Source: Glaucostegus cemiculus (lineage: Eukaryota). From it: a stretch of DNA of 64,000 nucleotides. Where the stretch lies: assembly GCA_976551045.1 (NCBI GenBank), contig CDPCPM010000033.1, positions 27,342,001-27,406,000 of the forward strand. Direction: 5' to 3'. A program made the translations under genes and the position numbers. Below, piece after piece: positions 63,901 through 64,000 of the stretch. The first letter of the stretch is position 1, and every line of letters starts with the position of its first letter. Under the pieces are notes generated by a model that made no database searches, was not told where the DNA came from, and worked only from the letters and a program-made list of their open reading frames with translations.

Positions 63901-63969
63901 TGGCAATAATGTTGATGTCTGTATGTTGTTCTGCCTCTAAGAATTCTTTAAGTTCAATTGCAGGTGCAC
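1..63969 (-). CDS. TTN: Titin (connectin), partial multi-exon gene: A-band A18-A170 plus titin kinase N-lobe; 70 exons, continues beyond both window ends
   Basis: Continuous Ig-I/Fn3 array in the titin 7-domain (Ig-Fn2-Ig-Fn3) then 11-domain (Ig-Fn2-Ig-Fn3-Ig-Fn3) order, ending in LNYDEEVD...[12 protein letters not shown]...YMAKFVK...[12 protein letters not shown]. All 69 internal introns read as GT-AG with frame maintained. Human-equivalent exon numbers below are counted back from Mex1=358; numbers below 326 are extrapolated. Confidence 0.99.
1249..1842 (-). CDS. TTN: Titin exon (ex357-eq): Fn3 A167 + Ig A168
   Basis: 594 nt, phase 1-1, cag/GTATG; ORF 1223..1786. Confidence 0.95.
1931..2236 (-). 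CDS. TTN: Titin exon (ex356-eq): Fn3 A166
   Basis: 306 nt, cag/GTAAG; ORF 1869..2225. Confidence 0.95.
2342..2917 (-). CDS. TTN: Titin exon (ex355-eq): Ig A164 + Ig A165 (P-zone start)
   Basis: 576 nt, cag/GTAAT; ORF 2325..2927. Confidence 0.95.
3011..3310 (-). CDS. TTN: Titin exon (ex354-eq): Fn3 A163 (end of C-zone repeat 11)
   Basis: 300 nt, cag/GTGTGT; not in ORF track; reads [31 protein letters not shown]...[13 protein letters not shown]. Confidence 0.93.
3423..3728 (-). CDS. TTN: Titin exon (ex353-eq): Fn3 A162
   Basis: 306 nt, tag/GTATG; ORF 3325..3579. Confidence 0.94.
3832..4416 (-). CDS. TTN: Titin exon (ex352-eq): Ig A160 + Fn3 A161
   Basis: 585 nt, cag/GTAAG; ORF 3755..4339. 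Confidence 0.95.
4784..5086 (-). CDS. TTN: Titin exon (ex351-eq): Fn3 A159
   Basis: 303 nt, tag/GTGAG; ORF 4752..5114. Confidence 0.95.
5160..5530 (+). mobile_element. Highly decayed SINE-like interspersed repeat (elasmobranch-type), boundaries approximate
   Basis: Begins gctcagtt...tgagg...aggtttggtccatggtttgtgttagttga and resembles, from memory, a tRNA-headed shark repeat; less AT-rich than flanking intron. No alignment run. Confidence 0.35.
5749..6051 (-). CDS. TTN: Titin exon (ex350-eq): Fn3 A158
   Basis: 303 nt, cag/GTAAC; ORF 5732..6100. Confidence 0.95.
6108..6595 (+). mobile_element. 5'-truncated CR1-clade LINE 3' end (HER1-like), antisense to TTN
   Basis: Decayed ORF2 C-terminus ([17 protein letters not shown]..., LGL.SLE..RL.GDL.EVYKIM.GID), then 3' tail GGGCCGAAGGGCCTGTTCTGTGCTGTA followed by (TGTTCTA)n. 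Confidence 0.88.
6865..7164 (-). CDS. TTN: Titin exon (ex349-eq): Fn3 A157
   Basis: 300 nt, cag/GTAAG; ORF 6833..7048. Confidence 0.95.
7279..7566 (-). CDS. TTN: Titin exon (ex348-eq): Ig A156
   Basis: 288 nt, cag/GTAAG; ORF 7250..7567. Confidence 0.95.
7680..8273 (-). CDS. TTN: Titin exon (ex347-eq): Fn3 A154 + A155
   Basis: 594 nt, cag/GTAGG; ORF 7564..8244. Confidence 0.95.
8377..8658 (-). CDS. TTN: Titin exon (ex346-eq): Ig A153 (start of C repeat 11)
   Basis: 282 nt, tag/GTATG; ORF 8369..8656. Confidence 0.95.
8915..9220 (-). CDS. TTN: Titin exon (ex345-eq): Fn3 A152
   Basis: 306 nt, tag/GTAAG; ORF 8844..9302. Confidence 0.95.
9307..9612 (-). CDS. TTN: Titin exon (ex344-eq): Fn3 A151
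   Basis: 306 nt, cag/GTAAG; ORF 9284..9544. Confidence 0.95.
9712..10011 (-). CDS. TTN: Titin exon (ex343-eq): Fn3 A150
   Basis: 300 nt, tag/GTAAG; [32 protein letters not shown]...[16 protein letters not shown]. Confidence 0.95.
10124..10414 (-). CDS. TTN: Titin exon (ex342-eq): Ig A149
   Basis: 291 nt, cag/GTATG; ORF 10101..10346. Confidence 0.95.
10516..10821 (-). CDS. TTN: Titin exon (ex341-eq): Fn3 A148
   Basis: 306 nt, aag/GTACG; ORF 10493..10831. Confidence 0.92.
10921..11223 (-). CDS. TTN: Titin exon (ex340-eq): Fn3 A147
   Basis: 303 nt, tag/GTAAG; ORF 10886..11194. Confidence 0.95.
11318..13381 (-). CDS. TTN: Titin large exon (ex339-eq): A140-A146 (Fn-Fn-Ig-Fn-Fn-Ig-Fn)
   Basis: 2064 nt, tag/GTAAG; ORF 11268..13379. 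Confidence 0.96.
13423..13450. repeat. Perfect 14-nt tandem duplication (TGACAAATAAGGAC x2) in a short intron
   Basis: Read directly at 13423-13436 and 13437-13450. Confidence 0.85.
13509..13808 (-). CDS. TTN: Titin exon (ex338-eq): Fn3 A139
   Basis: 300 nt, tag/GTACG; ORF 13480..13746. Confidence 0.94.
13924..14211 (-). CDS. TTN: Titin exon (ex337-eq): Ig A138
   Basis: 288 nt, tag/GTAAT; ORF 13916..14170. Confidence 0.95.
14314..14607 (-). CDS. TTN: Titin exon (ex336-eq): Fn3 A137
   Basis: 294 nt, cag/GTAAG; ORF 14300..14650. Confidence 0.95.
14724..16490 (-). CDS. TTN: Titin large exon (ex335-eq): A131-A136 (start of C repeat 9)
   Basis: 1767 nt, cag/GTAAG; ORF 14716..16554. Confidence 0.96.
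16580..16885 (-). CDS. TTN: Titin exon (ex334-eq): Fn3 A130
   Basis: 306 nt, tag/GTAAG; 3' half of ORF 16551..17159. Confidence 0.95.
16980..17282 (-). CDS. TTN: Titin exon (ex333-eq): Fn3 A129
   Basis: 303 nt, tag/GTATG; ORF 16972..17262. Confidence 0.95.
17371..17670 (-). CDS. TTN: Titin exon (ex332-eq): Fn3 A128
   Basis: 300 nt, cag/GTAAG; ORF 17312..17527. Confidence 0.95.
17766..18053 (-). CDS. TTN: Titin exon (ex331-eq): Ig A127
   Basis: 288 nt, tag/GTATG; ORF 17758..18036. Confidence 0.95.
18160..18456 (-). CDS. TTN: Titin exon (ex330-eq): Fn3 A126
   Basis: 297 nt, cag/GTAAT; ORF 18038..18475. Confidence 0.95.
18584..18886 (-). CDS. TTN: Titin exon (ex329-eq): Fn3 A125
   Basis: 303 nt, cag/GTAGG; ORF 18408..18908. 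Confidence 0.95.
18997..19584 (-). CDS. TTN: Titin exon (ex328-eq): Ig A123 + Fn3 A124
   Basis: 588 nt, cag/GTAAG; ORF 18971..19567. Confidence 0.95.
19751..20047 (-). CDS. TTN: Titin exon (ex327-eq): Fn3 A122
   Basis: 297 nt, cag/GTAAT; ORF 19698..19886. Confidence 0.95.
20300..20840 (+). mobile_element. Old, decayed CR1-clade LINE 3' fragment
   Basis: Remnants of the ORF2 C-terminus (atgatgaatctctataaaacactggttt; ggaaggatgtaaatgctccagag; ttctcctttgag..aggctcagaggtgatttaatggaagt) and a CR1-like tail (atgggcctga...gattcta); many indels. Confidence 0.7.
20853..21432. mobile_element. MITE-like non-autonomous element with imperfect terminal inverted repeats
   Basis: Left CAGTGGGGCAGAAAATAG (20853-20870) versus reverse complement of right end CAGTGGGGGTAGAAAATTAG (21413-21432); no coding capacity; TSD not clear. 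Confidence 0.55.
21753..38858 (-). CDS. TTN: Titin giant exon (ex326-eq), 17,106 nt: 58 domains A64-A121 (last Fn of C2, complete C3-C7, first Ig-Fn of C8)
   Basis: Acceptor ttacag|ATGTACCT at 38859, donor ACAG|GTAATT at 21752; phase 1-1; 5702 codons; 5736-aa ORF 21619..38829. Confidence 0.98.
38959..39261 (-). CDS. TTN: Titin exon (ex325-eq): Fn3 A63
   Basis: 303 nt, cag/GTAAG; ORF 38948..39340. Confidence 0.95.
39362..39949 (-). CDS. TTN: Titin exon (ex324-eq): Ig A61 + Fn3 A62
   Basis: 588 nt, cag/GTAAT; ORF 39300..39950. Confidence 0.95.
40039..40335 (-). CDS. TTN: Titin exon (ex323-eq): Fn3 A60
   Basis: 297 nt, cag/GTACG; not in ORF track; [42 protein letters not shown]. Confidence 0.94.
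40427..40624 (-). CDS. TTN: Titin exon (ex322-eq): C-terminal part of Fn3 A59
   Basis: 198 nt, cag/GTAGG; (G)[18 protein letters not shown]. Confidence 0.93.
40699..40803 (-). CDS. TTN: Titin exon (ex321-eq): N-terminal part of Fn3 A59
   Basis: 105 nt, aag/GTACA; [35 protein letters not shown]. Confidence 0.92.
40895..41482 (-). CDS. TTN: Titin exon (ex320-eq): Ig A57 + Fn3 A58
   Basis: 588 nt, tag/GTAAG; ORF 40857..41324 plus upstream in-frame Ig start. Confidence 0.95.
41890..42400 (-). mobile_element. Very decayed CR1-clade LINE ORF2 fragment
   Basis: Reverse complement of 42170-42270 reads gaagttgtgctttagttgtatagaggtttggccagaccttatcaagtgtattgc...caccttaggaagga, resembling the EVMLQLYRALVRPHLEYC...HLRKD block of CR1 ORF2. 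Confidence 0.55.
43540..44150 (+). mobile_element. Ancient DeuSINE-like (SacSINE1/AmnSINE-type) remnant, interrupted by the younger V-SINE
   Basis: gagcacataacctaggctga ... aaatattcctcc on the left and acagtg...tggctgtgatgcaattt...ctgagg on the right resemble the recalled DeuSINE body and tail; heavily diverged. Confidence 0.4.
43812..44062 (-). mobile_element. tRNA-derived V-SINE (HE1-like elasmobranch SINE), near full length
   Basis: Minus strand: GGGCAGCACGG-TAGTGTAGCAGTT (A box, 44039-44051), GGTTCGATTCC (B box, 43997-44007), V-domain GGAGTTTGTATGTTCTCCCGTGTCTGTGGGGGTTTCCTCCGAGTGCTCTGGTTTCCTCCCACA, LINE-type tail GGCCGAAAGGGCCTGTTACCATGCTGTA and an A/T-rich end. Confidence 0.9.
44342..44629 (-). 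CDS. TTN: Titin exon (ex319-eq): Fn3 A56
   Basis: 288 nt, cag/GTGAG; ORF 44283..44651. Confidence 0.95.
44746..45036 (-). CDS. TTN: Titin exon (ex318-eq): Fn3 A55
   Basis: 291 nt, tag/GTAAG; not in ORF track; [45 protein letters not shown]. Confidence 0.94.
45149..45436 (-). CDS. TTN: Titin exon (ex317-eq): Ig A54 (start of C repeat 2)
   Basis: 288 nt, cag/GTAAG; ORF 45129..45371. Confidence 0.95.
45555..45782 (+). mobile_element. CR1-clade LINE 3' end fragment (second family)
   Basis: gaatatttttaaggcag...ttgataagcaagg...gttgaggttacaatcagagcagccatgat...gaggggctgagtagcctactcctgct resembles the elasmobranch CR1 3' UTR. Confidence 0.75.
46742..47047 (-). CDS. TTN: Titin exon (ex316-eq): Fn3 A53
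   Basis: 306 nt, tag/GTAAG; ORF 46710..47018. Confidence 0.95.
47144..47446 (-). CDS. TTN: Titin exon (ex315-eq): Fn3 A52
   Basis: 303 nt, cag/GTAAG; ORF 47100..47393. Confidence 0.95.
47538..47834 (-). CDS. TTN: Titin exon (ex314-eq): Fn3 A51
   Basis: 297 nt, tag/GTAAA; not in ORF track; [31 protein letters not shown]. Confidence 0.94.
48108..48395 (-). CDS. TTN: Titin exon (ex313-eq): Ig A50
   Basis: 288 nt, cag/GTAAA; ORF 48085..48378. Confidence 0.95.
48528..48827 (-). CDS. TTN: Titin exon (ex312-eq): Fn3 A49
   Basis: 300 nt, cag/GTAAC; ORF 48463..48798. Confidence 0.95.
48935..49237 (-). CDS. TTN: Titin exon (ex311-eq): Fn3 A48
   Basis: 303 nt, cag/GTAAG; ORF 48900..49247. Confidence 0.95.
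49321..49620 (-). CDS. TTN: Titin exon (ex310-eq): Fn3 A47
   Basis: 300 nt, cag/GTAAG; not in ORF track; [32 protein letters not shown]. Confidence 0.94.
49746..50021 (-). CDS. TTN: Titin exon (ex309-eq): Ig A46
   Basis: 276 nt, tag/GTTTG; ORF 49708..50022. Confidence 0.92.
50318..50620 (-). CDS. TTN: Titin exon (ex308-eq): Fn3 A45
   Basis: 303 nt, tag/GTAAG; ORF 50310..50597. Confidence 0.95.
50753..51052 (-). CDS. TTN: Titin exon (ex307-eq): Fn3 A44
   Basis: 300 nt, cag/GTAAG; ORF 50721..51092. Confidence 0.95.
51104..51980 (-). mobile_element. Decayed CR1-clade LINE 3' portion, split by a nested insertion at about 51480-51825
   Basis: Tail atcatagaacatcacagga...agcccatcaagtctatgctg at 51104-51150; ORF2 remnant (reverse complement gcaagaagttatgcaaaacctctcaaagcactaatttggc...catccaattctagataccacac) resumes at about 51870-51975. 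Confidence 0.65.
51480..51825 (+). mobile_element. 3' end of a different LINE family, nested in the CR1 copy
   Basis: catctacaaaatgcactgc...ctcccaaac..gtgacctctaccacc...cacacatcatcctgacttgg...ggactgcagtggttcaaggagatggctcacc..ctttctcaaggg...ccacatcccaataaaaacaaaa; recalled shark LINE 3' end with A-rich tail. Confidence 0.7.
53252..53536 (-). CDS. TTN: Titin exon (ex306-eq): Ig A43 (first domain of the C-zone)
   Basis: 285 nt, cag/GTGAG; [39 protein letters not shown]; correct frame not in ORF track. Confidence 0.94.
53640..53960 (-). CDS. TTN: Titin exon (ex305-eq): Fn3 A42 (end of D-zone)
   Basis: 321 nt, cag/GTATG; ORF 53431..53931. Confidence 0.95.
54072..57038 (-). CDS. TTN: Titin large exon (ex304-eq): A32-A41 (10 domains)
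   Basis: 2967 nt, tag/GTATG; ORF 54028..57066. Confidence 0.96.
57139..57432 (-). CDS. TTN: Titin exon: Fn3 A31
   Basis: 294 nt, cag/GTTGG; ORF 57002..57451. Confidence 0.93.
57531..57830 (-). CDS. TTN: Titin exon: Fn3 A30
   Basis: 300 nt, cag/GTAAG; ORF 57493..57807. Confidence 0.95.
57923..58204 (-). CDS. TTN: Titin exon: Ig A29
   Basis: 282 nt, cag/GTAAT; ORF 57903..58193. Confidence 0.95.
58319..58627 (-). CDS. TTN: Titin exon: Fn3 A28
   Basis: 309 nt, cag/GTAAG; ORF 58311..58526. Confidence 0.95.
58727..59029 (-). CDS. TTN: Titin exon: Fn3 A27
   Basis: 303 nt, aag/GTATA; ORF 58689..59054. Confidence 0.92.
59342..59641 (-). CDS. TTN: Titin exon: Fn3 A26
   Basis: 300 nt, cag/GTAAG; ORF 59331..59657. 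Confidence 0.95.
59691..59755 (-). mobile_element. Extremely 5'-truncated HER1-like LINE/SINE 3' tail (about 65 nt)
   Basis: Minus strand GGCACAGCTTGATGGGCCGAAGGGCCTGTTCTGTGCTGTA(TTGTTCTA)3; core identical to the tail at 6553-6580. Confidence 0.85.
59815..60096 (-). CDS. TTN: Titin exon: Ig A25
   Basis: 282 nt, tag/GTAAG; ORF 59771..60055. Confidence 0.95.
60175..60477 (-). CDS. TTN: Titin exon: Fn3 A24
   Basis: 303 nt, tag/GTAAG; ORF 60107..60373. Confidence 0.95.
60578..60880 (-). CDS. TTN: Titin exon: Fn3 A23
   Basis: 303 nt, cag/GTAAG; not in ORF track; [32 protein letters not shown]. Confidence 0.94.
60976..61257 (-). CDS. TTN: Titin exon: Ig A22
   Basis: 282 nt, cag/GTAAA; ORF 60887..61240. 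Confidence 0.95.
61344..61494 (-). CDS. TTN: Titin exon: C-terminal half of Fn3 A21 (phase 0-1)
   Basis: 151 nt, cag/GTGAC; [33 protein letters not shown]. Confidence 0.92.
62229..62377 (-). CDS. TTN: Titin exon: N-terminal half of Fn3 A21 (phase 1-0)
   Basis: 149 nt, cag/GTAAA; not in ORF track; [50 protein letters not shown]. Confidence 0.93.
62652..62966 (-). CDS. TTN: Titin exon: Fn3 A20
   Basis: 315 nt, cag/GTAAG; ORF 62623..62988. Confidence 0.95.
63277..63576 (-). CDS. TTN: Titin exon: Fn3 A19
   Basis: 300 nt, tag/GTATG; ORF 63209..63559. Confidence 0.95.
63673..63969 (-). CDS. TTN: Titin exon: Ig A18
   Basis: 297 nt, tag/GTAAC; ORF 63638..63898. Confidence 0.94.
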
Positions 63970-64000
63970 CTAGACGTGAAAATATTCATTGCATTTAAGG

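Noticed and set aside
1-64000. CRISPR array, prokaryotic defence system, prophage or other novel multi-gene system
   Set aside because: The sequence is a spliced vertebrate gene; all long-range periodicity is explained by Ig/Fn3 domains and super-repeats, and there is no repeat-spacer structure or second gene.
1-64000. Cronos-type internal titin promoter or Novex terminal exons
   Set aside because: In characterised vertebrates these lie in the I-band or I/A junction, upstream of A18 and so beyond position 64000; nothing in the window supports one.

Overview
The whole window is an internal part of one vertebrate titin (TTN/connectin) gene on the minus strand. I resolved 70 coding exons by GT-AG boundaries and reading-frame continuity. 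They total about 45.7 kb (about 71% of the window, about 15,200 aa) and run from A-band Ig domain A18 (63969) through the end of the D-zone 7-domain super-repeats, all eleven C-zone 11-domain super-repeats and the P-zone, into the first M-line exon (A169, A170 and the titin-kinase N-lobe, running off the window at position 1). The ORF track missed that last exon. The giant exon (21753-38858) is 17,106 nt, the length I recall for human TTN exon 326, and 31 exons separate it from the kinase exon, as in the human 326/358 numbering. Most introns are about 74-130 nt. The few larger ones hold CR1-type LINE 3' ends, a tRNA-derived V-SINE sharing its 3' tail with the LINE (HE1/HER1-like, pointing to a shark or ray host), nested insertions and a MITE-like element. 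I found no evidence of an undescribed multi-gene system. The second-look items are the conserved architecture, two single-codon deletions, conserved disease and regulatory residues, and several intronic inverted repeats. Human exon and domain numbers are from recall and counting, not from a database search.
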